DNA of 64,000 bases, taken from Candidatus Latescibacterota bacterium. Lineage in GTDB: Bacteria; Krumholzibacteriota; Krumholzibacteriia; WVZY01. Of the stretch, positions 8,777-18,400 are shown piece by piece. The notes under the pieces were generated by a model that saw nothing but the letters and a program-made list of their open reading frames with translations, was not told the origin of the DNA and did not search any database. The number at the start of each line of letters is the position of its first letter. Within the stretch, counting starts at the first letter, position 1. The DNA lies in NCBI GenBank assembly GCA_963791045.1, contig CAWBQK010000018.1, positions 96,001 through 160,000 on the forward strand. The letters are read 5' to 3'. The position numbers and the translations under genes are program-made.

Positions 8777-11542
8777 TCAATTATCTTGAGGCCCTGGGAA
8801 TGGGGCGTCGGGCTGAACATCCAGATCGATCCACGAATTTGAGTCGAGGCTTGAGAGATACGCCGTACGCGCGGCGCGGCGCTCCGTCGCGAGCGGACGA
8901 ATTCCCACTATCCATACGTTGTCACCATCGAAGCCGAGGTCGAGAACTACGGGTGAGTGCGTCGAACTCCCGGTGAACCTGCGAAGCTCGGAACGAACCA
9001 CCGAGACGAGATGTCGGAAAGCAAGGCGTCCGGTCGTTCCCGTCATCTCATTCATTTCACGCGTGTAGCCAACACCAAGCCCGCCGCCCGCGGAGAGAAC
9101 CGAATACTCGAGCTGTCTGACCGGCGACAACAGCACATCCGTTCCGTCCGCTTTCAGAAGCGAGGTCTCGCGGCTGTGATCGTCGTTCGCGACGCCCCAG
9201 CCAATCGAAACAGTTATGTCCTCGGGTTCACTGTTGACGAGCCCGGTCGTAATTATTACGCCGGACTTCTCGAAGTTGATGGCGCGTTGAATCAGAATCG
9301 AAGCGTAGAGTTTCTCTGGGTCGTTAAGTTGCCGCTGGCGGGCGTGGTAGCTTGCGTCTAAAAAAACGGAGGCCCAGGCGTCCAGGATCGCCCTGTGTAT
9401 GGTGGATTCGCTCGTGAGGTTGTAATGAATGGGATTGTTGAAATCCATAACGGCCTCAAGACCGGATGCGTTCGTGTGGGTGACAAGATTGACGGGGGCC
9501 GTTCCAATCGGCATCTCGAAGACTTGCGCGAATGTCGTGGACAAGTTACTTCGAAACTCGGGCGTGAGCGGCATCGATTGCAGCATTTCGCGAAGCTGCG
9601 CAAAACGCAGCAATACAATGTGGTCGATTACGCTTTCGAGTTCGCCGTCTTCCCGCCATTCGCGCGCCTTTTCGAATGTTTCTTCCACAAAGTCCCAGTA
9701 GGTCCGGTCGGTGCCGGGCTGGCTTTGATCGAAGTGATCTCGAAACACGCCGAACGGTATCACAAACCCTTTGGGAACTGCGTCGGGGAAACGGGTCGAG
9801 AGAACACCGATGGCGGATGCGCGGTCGCCACAGACCCGGCCGAAACCCATCGCGGCAATAGAGGTCATGGGAATGCAATTGGTTTCATCAAGGTCGATGC
9901 CGTCGGTTCGAATCATATTATCGTCGATATCGGGAACCGACACGCCGATGAGCCGTGACTCGTCTTCGGTTGCATCGGCGGCCGGTTTGAAAACAACCCG
10001 GCCCTGCGGCGACACCGCATAGAACATCGCCGTTCCATTTGCTGAATCGATAACGGCGAATGCGCCGGTTGATACGATCGATACGGGAAACCGGAGAGCC
10101 GACGCGTGAGGCCATACAAACGAGCCGGCGCGGACGCTGTCGGGGCTCATATATGCGCTGGCCGCGCGGGCGTCCGGCAGTCGGGGAAGCACATAAATCG
10201 TATCGGCGGAGAAGGAAACGATTGTGTCGGTAACGGCGGCAAAACGCAGAACGCCACCGGTCACTCCCGGACTCATTCCCCTGAAATGCGATTGAATCGA
10301 ATCGGCGAGTGCCTTGTTGTCAGGCGCGGTCAGTCCGGCGAGGTATAATTGTGTTTCACCCACCGCGACACTCATTTCTTCGAGAAGCGTCGACCGCATA
10401 CGGTGATTGATGAACCCCGCGGCGAGCGGTTCGAACCCCGAGAAAAGATCCTCGACAGTCCGGTAGTGCGCGGCGAACATCGCCGTTCCCCCGTCAAAAG
10501 CCCGGCGGGCCGCGGCCGAATAGGAATCGATCGGTATAGGTGCGCGGCTCATCCCGTCATCATCGACCGCCAACGATGGCGATATTTTTCCCCACTCCCA
10601 GAGCCCGATGTACCCACACCCCGTCAGCGCGCGCGCCAGGGTATAATTCTTGTTCAGCGCTTCGACGACTGTTTTTGGGCGCCACTGCGCCGCGCGCTCG
10701 ATGAGGATTTCTTCGAGATACAGTGACAGGTCGATGGCGTTGAGCCGCCACGCCGGTTCCACGGTAAGAATGTTTTCTCGAATGTCGAAGAGAATGCCCC
10801 CAATGATCGCGGATGATTCAGCCGGCGATGGTTGGGTTTCGATCAAGGTGTTGAGCCCATTCCATACGGTGGTCCCTTCCGGTGTAAGCGCGAGATACCG
10901 CTCGAGCGACTCCTGCGGTGGTCCGGTAAGGCTGTCGGCTTCGGTGCGGGGCTCGGATGGCCGGTCGTGCGGTATGTCGCGGGCAAACTCGCGGACAACA
11001 AAATAATGTTTGGAAATCATATCGTCGCGTTCGCAAAGCGATGACATGAAGCCCAGGCCCCACTGTGCTTCGGCAACCGAATCCACAAGCCCGGGGGTGA
11101 AACGGGCGGTCCGCATGATCCAACCATCATCGACCTCCCGCAGGTACTTTTCGACCTGGTACTGTTTTGCCCGCGAGAAAATCCTGTCATAGTCGAGGAA
11201 CACTTCGTATTGGGTCGCGTTGAGGATCTGGCCGATATAGATCCCCCGGTGCCGTCCGATTTCATCGACGAAATTCTTTGGCAGTCCGTGCCTGATACCC
11301 CCGATCGAATCGCAGGGCTCATCCCCGGGGCGTACCGAACCATCGTCGCACAACCAGTACACGCCGTCGTAGGGACCCAGCGAATCCGCTTTGATCTCGG
11401 TTACGAACCCGGCGAGCCGCTGGTCCTCTGGGCTTGTTTCGCCGTTTTCGCCCGATACGTGGGTCGGCGCACAAAAAAAGAGAAGGAAGGCCGCCGCCAT
11501 CCATACAACGTATCTGGCCTGTGTATGTATATAATGAGACAT
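8777..11542 (-). CDS. Exported PEP/pyruvate-binding (PEP synthase/PPDK N-terminal ATP-grasp-like) domain protein, apparently degenerate
   Basis: Signal-peptide-like N-terminus. The C-terminal half has VPKGFVIP, AILDAWASVF and ILIQRAI...SGVIIT, typical of the PPDK_N domain, but the catalytic motifs are altered. Confidence 0.72.
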   Translation of the reverse strand: MSHYIHTQARYVVWMAAAFLLFFCAPTHVSGENGETSPEDQRLAGFVTEIKADSLGPYDGVYWLCDDGSVRPGDEPCDSIGGIRHGLPKNFVDEIGRHRGIYIGQILNATQYEVFLDYDRIFSRAKQYQVEKYLREVDDGWIMRTARFTPGLVDSVAEAQWGLGFMSSLCERDDMISKHYFVVREFARDIPHDRPSEPRTEADSLTGPPQESLERYLALTPEGTTVWNGLNTLIETQPSPAESSAIIGGILFDIRENILTVEPAWRLNAIDLSLYLEEILIERAAQWRPKTVVEALNKNYTLARALTGCGYIGLWEWGKISPSLAVDDDGMSRAPIPIDSYSAAARRAFDGGTAMFAAHYRTVEDLFSGFEPLAAGFINHRMRSTLLEEMSVAVGETQLYLAGLTAPDNKALADSIQSHFRGMSPGVTGGVLRFAAVTDTIVSFSADTIYVLPRLPDARAASAYMSPDSVRAGSFVWPHASALRFPVSIVSTGAFAVIDSANGTAMFYAVSPQGRVVFKPAADATEDESRLIGVSVPDIDDNMIRTDGIDLDETNCIPMTSIAAMGFGRVCGDRASAIGVLSTRFPDAVPKGFVIPFGVFRDHFDQSQPGTDRTYWDFVEETFEKAREWREDGELESVIDHIVLLRFAQLREMLQSMPLTPEFRSNLSTTFAQVFEMPIGTAPVNLVTHTNASGLEAVMDFNNPIHYNLTSESTIHRAILDAWASVFLDASYHARQRQLNDPEKLYASILIQRAINFEKSGVIITTGLVNSEPEDITVSIGWGVANDDHSRETSLLKADGTDVLLSPVRQLEYSVLSAGGGLGVGYTREMNEMTGTTGRLAFRHLVSVVRSELRRFTGSSTHSPVVLDLGFDGDNVWIVGIRPLATERRAARTAYLSSLDSNSWIDLDVQPDAPFPGPQDN

Positions 11543-11788
11543 TGTTCGCAATCTTTGTTTGCAGGTGGGGGGAAAAGAACCTCGATGGCCCCTTCCGACA
11601 AATACTGATTTACATTTGCGCGCACATCCCTATACGCTATGTTCGACTCAGAACCAGAGGGTAAGAAACAATCGGGCGAATTACAAGAGGTCATCGACCG
11701 CCGCCTGCGGTTTCATCGTATTCGGAGATTCCCGACAGGGCTCGCCTGGTGCCGGTGACGGGTATATGCTTTTCCCAAGGAGGTCCGC

Positions 11789-12175
11789 ATGGGGCGGCCA
11801 GTAGTGTTTTTCGATATCGGATGTGAGGACACAAAAAAGACAGCCGAATTCTATTCGAAGGTCTTTGACTGGGGAACGGAAGAGGCCAGCCCGCACTCGG
11901 TCACAGTGGATACCGAGTCGGACGAGGGAATCAACGGAGCGATAACCTCGCTGGGGCAGGAACCACACAACTATATAATGATCTACATCGAAGTAGAGGA
12001 CATGAACGCTTATCTGGACAAAATCGAAGAGAACGGCGGGGAAGTCCTCATTCCAACGACGGACGTGGAAGGCGAAGGGCTGTTCGCGTTGTTTGCGGAT
12101 CCTGAGGGAAACAAGATGGGTATGTGGCAGAGGGAAGAAGAGGAGATCGAGTTAGAGATGGAGGACGACGGATAG
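11789..12175 (+). CDS. VOC family (glyoxalase/bleomycin resistance) protein
   Basis: VVFFDIGCED...FYSKVFDW, GINGAI, YIEVEDM, FALFADPEGN. AAGGAGG RBS. Confidence 0.9.
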   Translation: MGRPVVFFDIGCEDTKKTAEFYSKVFDWGTEEASPHSVTVDTESDEGINGAITSLGQEPHNYIMIYIEVEDMNAYLDKIEENGGEVLIPTTDVEGEGLFALFADPEGNKMGMWQREEEEIELEMEDDG

Positions 12176-12189
12176 CGGCGGCCTCGATA

Positions 12190-13491
12190 TCAGCGGATAT
12201 ACCCCAGGCTCCTAAGTTTTCGGGTCAGGCTCTCGTCTATTTTCACTTCACGGACGGGAGCCTTTTCCGTTGAGAAATGAAGGGCCAGGGCTTTCATCAG
12301 GCGTCTTGCCCGCGGGTCGGTCTCTATATATATGTTGTTTTCCTCGCGCGGGTCCGCGACCAGATCAAACATGTAAATCCCAGGTTTGACATTCTTTATT
12401 ATCGTGGATGTCTTTCGGCTCTTTTCGGGGAGCTTTTTGACATCCTTTCCCTCGACGACGACGAGTTTGTGCCGGCCATGTACGATTCCACGCTGGCTTG
12501 CCTTGGGGGGTCTGTCTCGCTCGAGAAAAACCGGCGCGTTGTCCTCTCCCGAATCGAGCAGGTTTCTCCCCGGGAGGTTCAATCCAGGCGCGGGTTCGAT
12601 GTCGAGCATGCCGAGGAGAGTGGGAACGAGATCGGTTTGTTCGACTACCGAGTCGTCGATTCCGGGTTTGATGAACGGGGCCCAGATGACGAGCGGGACC
12701 CTTATCACTTCATCATAGAGGGTGTAGTGGTACTGGCCCCGGTGATCGCCGAACTCCTCACCGTGGTCGGACGTGAACACTATAATCGTCCTGTCCATCA
12801 CGCCCTTTTTTTCGAGCGCGGCGATGACACGCCCGATGTGTCTGTCCGTGTGCGCGATTTCCTGATCGTAACGGTCGAGATCGGTCGTGCCCCAGTCGCC
12901 CCACTCCTCGTGCCAGATATATAGATAGTGGGGGTCAAAATAGTGGGACCACATAAAGAATGGCTCGCGAAGGGTATCGAGGTCCGCCACAACGAGGTCG
13001 GTGAGCTGCTCCGCCGTGGCGACATTGTGCGGATACCCGACATCGAGAACGGATATGTCATATTTGTCGAATCCGCGGTTGAGCCCGTACTTGGGTGTCA
13101 GGATCACGTGGCTGACAAAAGCGCTCGTGGTATATCCATGATCTTTGAGTATCGAGGGAAGCGTGGGAACGTCGTCCGCCATCGCCCAGTGGAAATCGGT
13201 CGCTCCATGATCGCGCGGGTATCGGCCCGACAGCAGTGTGGCCATCGATGGCAGAGTCCATCCCGACACACTGTAGCAGTTGGTATAGGTGATGCCCTCG
13301 TACGCGATCTTGTCAATGACCGGGCTCGTCTCGCGTTCATAGCCATGGTAGGTCAGGTGGTCGGGACGGAGTGTGTCGACGCTTATGAACAACACATTGT
13401 ACGGTCCATCGTATCCGCGGGGCACGATTGCCCAAATGCCGATTGCCACGATGACGACCACTGCGAGGACTGTTGCCAATTTCTTGTTCAT
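12190..13491 (-). CDS. Membrane-anchored sulfatase-like hydrolase/transferase (alkaline phosphatase superfamily)
   Basis: N-terminal TM anchor, NVLFISVDTLRPDHL, WTLPSMATLLSGRYP, HYFDPH, FTSDHGEEF, C-terminal LRSLGYI. Confidence 0.88.
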   Translation of the reverse strand: MNKKLATVLAVVVIVAIGIWAIVPRGYDGPYNVLFISVDTLRPDHLTYHGYERETSPVIDKIAYEGITYTNCYSVSGWTLPSMATLLSGRYPRDHGATDFHWAMADDVPTLPSILKDHGYTTSAFVSHVILTPKYGLNRGFDKYDISVLDVGYPHNVATAEQLTDLVVADLDTLREPFFMWSHYFDPHYLYIWHEEWGDWGTTDLDRYDQEIAHTDRHIGRVIAALEKKGVMDRTIIVFTSDHGEEFGDHRGQYHYTLYDEVIRVPLVIWAPFIKPGIDDSVVEQTDLVPTLLGMLDIEPAPGLNLPGRNLLDSGEDNAPVFLERDRPPKASQRGIVHGRHKLVVVEGKDVKKLPEKSRKTSTIIKNVKPGIYMFDLVADPREENNIYIETDPRARRLMKALALHFSTEKAPVREVKIDESLTRKLRSLGYIR

Positions 13492-13611
13492 GCGAACCAG
13501 TTGCGCCTCTGCCGGTTCGGCGCATATTTAAAGGCTAATATAAATCCATGTGAAATCACTTCCGAGCGATCCCTATTATAGAGGCATCCTCGATTCAATC
13601 CACAATAATTC

Positions 13612-15513
13612 TTACGGGTCCGTCATATCGTCAATCGCGTCGAGCATTATCGTTGGCGGATCCAGACGGCGGCAGTCAGCGAACGCCTTCGCCGCTCTTT
13701 CCGGAAATCCCTCTCCCCGATACGCGACACCGAGATAGTAATGATAGTAGGGATTTTCGGAATTGAGTTCGATGCCGGCCACGCAGACACGGATCACTTC
13801 CGGCATATTGTCCGTTCGAACGAGCGCTTCAATATAGACCTCGCGGGCGAGATCGTATTCCGGATTTGCATCGAGGTACGATTTCAATGTGGAGGTGGCC
13901 CGTTCGATTTCGCCGGACCGAAGCCGGGCCGAACAAGCCGATACAAGGTGGCGGGGATTGCCCGATACGGCGTATGCCTTGTCGTAGGTGATCGCTTTGC
14001 CGGCGAAATCGCCACGGTCTTCGAAGTGCATGGCCAGAATCTCGTAGCCGTATCCCGCGTCTATGCTCTCGAGATCGAGGATCGACCGGTACCGATCCAC
14101 CGATCTGGTTTCGTTCGCGTTTATTCCCACCCAGGGGATCACTATCGCGAGGCCGGTCACCACAGCGGGGGCAAGAAAGCGCGACAAACAGGCTCGAACT
14201 TCGGCGTGGTCGACGGCACGGCGCGCGAGGACGAGCAGTGGAAGAGCCGCCCCGAATGCCGGGCTCGCAAAGAGGTCCCAGTCCCGAGCCATTCCCAGTT
14301 CGGGCAGAAAGGCGATTAAAAACAGAAAGCACGGAACATGAATTGTAACAGCGAACGCGAGATCCCTCGCTCCGGCGGGCTCATCGGATGCGCCGGGGCA
14401 GTGACGCTCCGGATCGGCATCCGAGGTCCGTCCCGCGATCCTGCCCGCCACTGCCAACGCCACCAGGAGAGGAGCGATCGGAACGATCAACAACACCTCG
14501 TTCGCGATGTCGGCAATGTGCGCCGGATCAAGAACACCGGATGTGCTTTCTCCCGAAAAGAGGGGCAAGAAAAAGCCACCCCATCCCGGTATGCGGGACG
14601 CCACAACGGCGGCGGTTACGGTAGCGCCGCAAATCGCGGCGCTAAGCGTCCGTCGGCCGCGCACGCCGATACGGGTGAGAAGGATAAATATGAAAGAGGG
14701 GCCGAGAAGCAGCGCCTGGTAATGAAACAGAACGGCGAGAACGAAAAGAGCGCAGGGGATCAACACGTGTTTGCGCCCGTGAAGATGTTCGAATGCCGTC
14801 GCGATGTAAAGAGTGACGAGGACGACCATCGGCGCATAGGTTTCGATGTAGCCAAAGAAGAGTTGAATGCCGCCCGATACAAAAAGGGCTGCTGGAAGGA
14901 GAACCAGGAATTCAACTCGCGCGCGGCTTCTGTATACGATTCCAATTGCGGCCAGAACAAAGAGGCAACCAAGCAGTCCATTTAGAAATCGCCAGGCCGA
15001 TAGGGGATCGCTAGCGCCTGAGAGCTTTGCTGCCGCGTAAACAAGAAGATTTGTGGCGGGGGCCATCGAATCATCGAGAACGGTTCGCGCGAAATAACCG
15101 AAGGTCACGTCGCCGCTGCCGGCCATCCGGACGAGGAGCTTTGACTGGAGCTGTCCGTCGCCGAGAAGCTCCGTGGATGCCTGGAAAGCGATGAACAAAC
15201 CCAGCGCCGAGAGAACGGCCGCGCCGGCAAAGATCCCGCGCCGGGCGGAAGTGGCGTTTATAAACTCGAAAGCGGATATCCAGCGGTTGTACAGCCATTC
15301 TCCCGCACCGGGAAGAAGGGTCAGCGCGGCGACAAAGAGGGCCCCCAGGCGGACGAACGGCGGAAAGTACGAGAGATGATCGACACCCCACAGCCGCAAG
15401 TGTGGAACGAACGAGCCGGCCGCGACCAGGGCGAGCAGCAGACCGTTGGCGACGAGAAAAACAAAATCCAGTTTTGATTCCGAGTGGGTTTCCGCGGGCA
15501 TGGGCGGTTTCAC
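13612..15513 (-). CDS. Polytopic membrane protein with C-terminal TPR repeats (GT-C glycosyltransferase-like architecture)
   Basis: About 12 hydrophobic segments, LLGDG, FFGYIETY and RDWDLF loop motifs, TPR-like C-terminus (NPYYHYYLGVAY). GAGGAG RBS before the GTG start. Confidence 0.65.
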   Translation of the reverse strand: MKPPMPAETHSESKLDFVFLVANGLLLALVAAGSFVPHLRLWGVDHLSYFPPFVRLGALFVAALTLLPGAGEWLYNRWISAFEFINATSARRGIFAGAAVLSALGLFIAFQASTELLGDGQLQSKLLVRMAGSGDVTFGYFARTVLDDSMAPATNLLVYAAAKLSGASDPLSAWRFLNGLLGCLFVLAAIGIVYRSRARVEFLVLLPAALFVSGGIQLFFGYIETYAPMVVLVTLYIATAFEHLHGRKHVLIPCALFVLAVLFHYQALLLGPSFIFILLTRIGVRGRRTLSAAICGATVTAAVVASRIPGWGGFFLPLFSGESTSGVLDPAHIADIANEVLLIVPIAPLLVALAVAGRIAGRTSDADPERHCPGASDEPAGARDLAFAVTIHVPCFLFLIAFLPELGMARDWDLFASPAFGAALPLLVLARRAVDHAEVRACLSRFLAPAVVTGLAIVIPWVGINANETRSVDRYRSILDLESIDAGYGYEILAMHFEDRGDFAGKAITYDKAYAVSGNPRHLVSACSARLRSGEIERATSTLKSYLDANPEYDLAREVYIEALVRTDNMPEVIRVCVAGIELNSENPYYHYYLGVAYRGEGFPERAAKAFADCRRLDPPTIMLDAIDDMTDP

Positions 15514-15790
15514 GTCTGAGACTCCTCATTTTGACGATTTGATTCGTTGGATTGTAACAGCAGGGGGGGTAAAATTCCATCGCGACACGCCCCACCGAAG
15601 ACAGAGGATGGCTCGCAAATTGCTCGATCGAAGGGTTGGATCGCTCTATGTACAGGGCGAAGCGTCTCCGGCGAGGGTGGTATCCATCACCGGGAGGCAG
15701 CGGCGTCGGAACGGAAACCGTCGCCGGTATCGGTCAAAGTACGAGATCCAGGCCGGCGACCAGGTCGCCGGTCACACCCGGGAGTCGATA

Positions 15791-16315
15791 ATGCGTGTGC
15801 TTGCTGGTTTGATTTTCGTCCTGAGTTTTGTGTTTGCAACCCCATCGTTTGGGCAAAACACCGCGCCATCGTGTTCGACCATGGTCGGAGTCCCCGGCGT
15901 GGCGATCTACGTGGACTCGCTTTCCGCCGAAATGATCGAAAAGGGAATGACCGAGAATGTCTTTGCCGTCGAGATCGAGCGGCTTCTTCTGGAGGCAGGG
16001 GTGCCGATTCTGCACCCCACCGTCAATGAGGAGGACTTCGAAGTACCCGGAAGCCCGACTCTTTATGTCGGAATCACGACGGTGTTCCAGCTTGGAGACT
16101 CACAGTGTCTCTATGGTATACGTGTGGAATTCACTCAAACGGTTCGCCTGGAGAGGAACCCAGAATATGCCGTCGAGCATGTTCCGACATGGGGCGTGGG
16201 GGGAATAGGCGTGTACGCCGCCGGTTGGCGGGAGGCGATTCTCGAAGACGTCCGGGAATTCACGAGACAGTTCATTGACGCTTACGCGAAGGTTAATCCC
16301 GTTGTCGAAAAGTAG
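15791..16315 (+). CDS. Exported hypothetical protein
   Basis: GGAG RBS, signal peptide MRVLAGLIFVLSFVFATPSFG, globular alpha/beta-like composition. Confidence 0.75.
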   Translation: MRVLAGLIFVLSFVFATPSFGQNTAPSCSTMVGVPGVAIYVDSLSAEMIEKGMTENVFAVEIERLLLEAGVPILHPTVNEEDFEVPGSPTLYVGITTVFQLGDSQCLYGIRVEFTQTVRLERNPEYAVEHVPTWGVGGIGVYAAGWREAILEDVREFTRQFIDAYAKVNPVVEK

Positions 16316-16763
16316 CTTCTTTGACCGTTTGTTCAAGCTTTCCGCCCTAAAGGACGAGCCCTCGGACCCGACGCCGGTTCCCCGTGACGATATTGCTGTC
16401 GGCCGGGAGAAAGAAGACACGCTGGAAGCGTTCAATGTTACAAAGAACAGAATTGTTGCCCGTCGAGTCGACTGGTCCGGCAGCAGCGCGACCCGCCGCA
16501 AGGGTCTTCTGGGGCGTGATCGGATTGACGATGATGAGGGAATGTACATCGTGCCCACACAGTGGATTCATATGTTCGGGATGCGCTTTCCGATTGACGT
16601 GGCGTTTCTCGACGGAGATGGGCGGGTCATCCATATTCATCACCGCTTGAAGCCGAACCGTTTGTCTCGAATCGTGTGGCGAGCCGAGGGAGCGCTCGAA
16701 CTGGCCGCCGGCGTCCTCGAGGCAACTGAAACCACAATCGGGGATTTTATCGAACTCCGGTAA
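16302..16763 (+). CDS. DUF192 domain protein
   Basis: RRKGLLGR, GMYIVP..WIHMFGMRFPIDVAFLD, ALELAAG. Start codon uncertain (16275 or 16302). Confidence 0.85.
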   Translation: MSKSSFFDRLFKLSALKDEPSDPTPVPRDDIAVGREKEDTLEAFNVTKNRIVARRVDWSGSSATRRKGLLGRDRIDDDEGMYIVPTQWIHMFGMRFPIDVAFLDGDGRVIHIHHRLKPNRLSRIVWRAEGALELAAGVLEATETTIGDFIELR

Positions 16764-17087
16764 ACTTTGCGCACTCACCGTCACTCATTCTGCAAACCCC
16801 ACGTGTCAAAAAACCTTTCCACTTGAGTATCACCATACCGGCGCGCCGGGAATGATTAACCCTCTTGTGAACGTATGAGGAACAATGGGGAACATTTCTG
16901 GGACAAGCCCGAAAATTGCATAGGCACTGTTGGTATTTCCCCAGCTTGTTGTGGGTAGATCCCCGAAAAAGCGGGGATTCACGGGGATGCCGCCAAGGAT
17001 CCGATTGAAGACAAAGACTGATTTCAGCCATAAAATACAACAGGTTAGCAGCAAATGTTGCCGCTTGTAATTGATGGCACCGGATTT

Positions 17088-17102
17088 TGGCGTAGGAATT
17101 GC
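17088..17102 (+). promoter_or_regulatory. Sigma-54 (-24/-12) promoter for the flp/tad operon
   Basis: TGGCGTAGGAATTGC fits TGGC-N7-TTGC with GG-N10-GC spacing, ~96 nt upstream of the flp ATG. Confidence 0.6.
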
Positions 17103-17197
17103 CTTACGGTTATTGCCGCGCAACAAATACTGGTTTTTGCGGCGTTTCTAAATCGGCAGCTTTCTCAAGAAATTTTCATCGTCGAAAGGAAAAATCG

Positions 17198-17371
17198 ATG
17201 AATTACCTGAAGAGAATCCTGCGGGAAGAAAATGGACAGGACATGGTCGAGTACGGTCTTCTGGCTGCTTTTATCTCGATCGTTGCTATTGCCGCCCTCC
17301 AGGCGATCGGCCCCCTCGTCAGCGCGATCTACACATCGATCCAGAACGCTTTGACGACACCGGCGTCCTAA
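17198..17371 (+). CDS. flp: Flp family type IVc pilin (major)
   Basis: MNYLKRILREENG|QDMVEYGLLAAFISIVAIAAL: Flp motif G|xxxxEY. AAGGA RBS. Confidence 0.93.
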   Translation: MNYLKRILREENGQDMVEYGLLAAFISIVAIAALQAIGPLVSAIYTSIQNALTTPAS

Positions 17372-17433
17372 GAAGAGTGTGAATGGAAAGGTTTGTTGGG
17401 GATACGTAGAACCCATGAGGAGATTTTGATAAC

Positions 17434-18018
17434 GTGAGCCATACGCCTTTAACAATATGGTGCATAGTCCTGACTATCGTCGTGGTTGCCATGGCGGTCA
17501 TAACGGATCTGCTGTGGCGGCGTATCCCCAACCTCCTCACCTTTCCCGCTCTCGGTTTGGCCATTGCTTTACGCATAGCATTTCAGGGGTGGGTCGGCCT
17601 CGGGCTGGCCCTTGCAGGCGCATTCCTTGCGCCGACCCTGCTCCTGGTCATGCACGGAGGCAAGGGTCTCGGAATGGGTGATCTAAAACTCGCCGCCGCG
17701 ATCGGAGCCATCCTGGGTCCTGCACTCGCGGTCGCTTCAATGCTTTTAGCAGCCGTCGCCGGTGGAATACTCGGTATCGTTATGATGCTGAAGCCGGGCG
17801 GCGCTCTCAGAAATTTTATTAGCGTAATTTCAATTGGACTCCCGTTTCGTAAGAAAACGGGAAATGACGAGCCGGCGCCAGATGATTCGCCGGCCGTATT
17901 AACAATGCCGTATGGTGTCGCCATCGGTGCTGGATCACTCATGACTCTGGCGGTGTACTGGTGGACAGGAAACGAAAACTGGTTTCTTTCGTTCGTAGGA
18001 ATCGCGGGCAAGCTGTAA
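17434..18018 (+). CDS. cpaA: Prepilin peptidase CpaA/TadV (A24)
   Basis: TDLLWRRIPN, GMGDLKL, MPYGVAI aspartic peptidase motifs, hydrophobic. Confidence 0.92.
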   Translation: MSHTPLTIWCIVLTIVVVAMAVITDLLWRRIPNLLTFPALGLAIALRIAFQGWVGLGLALAGAFLAPTLLLVMHGGKGLGMGDLKLAAAIGAILGPALAVASMLLAAVAGGILGIVMMLKPGGALRNFISVISIGLPFRKKTGNDEPAPDDSPAVLTMPYGVAIGAGSLMTLAVYWWTGNENWFLSFVGIAGKL

Positions 18019-18377
18019 TTGAGTTCGCTCTGGTTCTTCCTCTGCTCCTTGTGATTTTGTTTGGCATCGTTGAGTTCGCAAGGGCCTGGATGACAATGAG
18101 TGTTCTGACATCGGCAGCTCGCGAAGGCGCGCGTCTGGCGGCTGTGACAGCTCCGGATGTGTCGGCCGTGACCACGCGGGTCAATGAAGTATGCAATTCC
18201 GCGGGTCTAACAGTTAAAGGTGTGACGGTGACGGCGCCTGATTCAGAAGATCCGACCCGCCGGTTGTCCGTCACGGTAGAAACTGATTTTACGGTCCTCC
18301 TGGGGAGACTCCTGGGGACTTTTAATGGAACGATACCATTGCGTGCCACGTCTGTGATGCGCCATGAGAGTGTCTGA
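17961..18377 (+). CDS. tadE: TadE-like pseudopilin
   Basis: RG|QAVIEFALVLPLLL...GIVEF...AAREGARLA. Confidence 0.9.
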   Translation: MDRKRKLVSFVRRNRGQAVIEFALVLPLLLVILFGIVEFARAWMTMSVLTSAAREGARLAAVTAPDVSAVTTRVNEVCNSAGLTVKGVTVTAPDSEDPTRRLSVTVETDFTVLLGRLLGTFNGTIPLRATSVMRHESV

Positions 18378-18400
18378 TATTTTGGCTGGGGAGGTCAAAA

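Noticed and set aside
15660-15735. ZTP or glycine riboswitch-like fragments
   Set aside because: Key consensus elements are missing, and the downstream gene is unrelated to purine or glycine metabolism.
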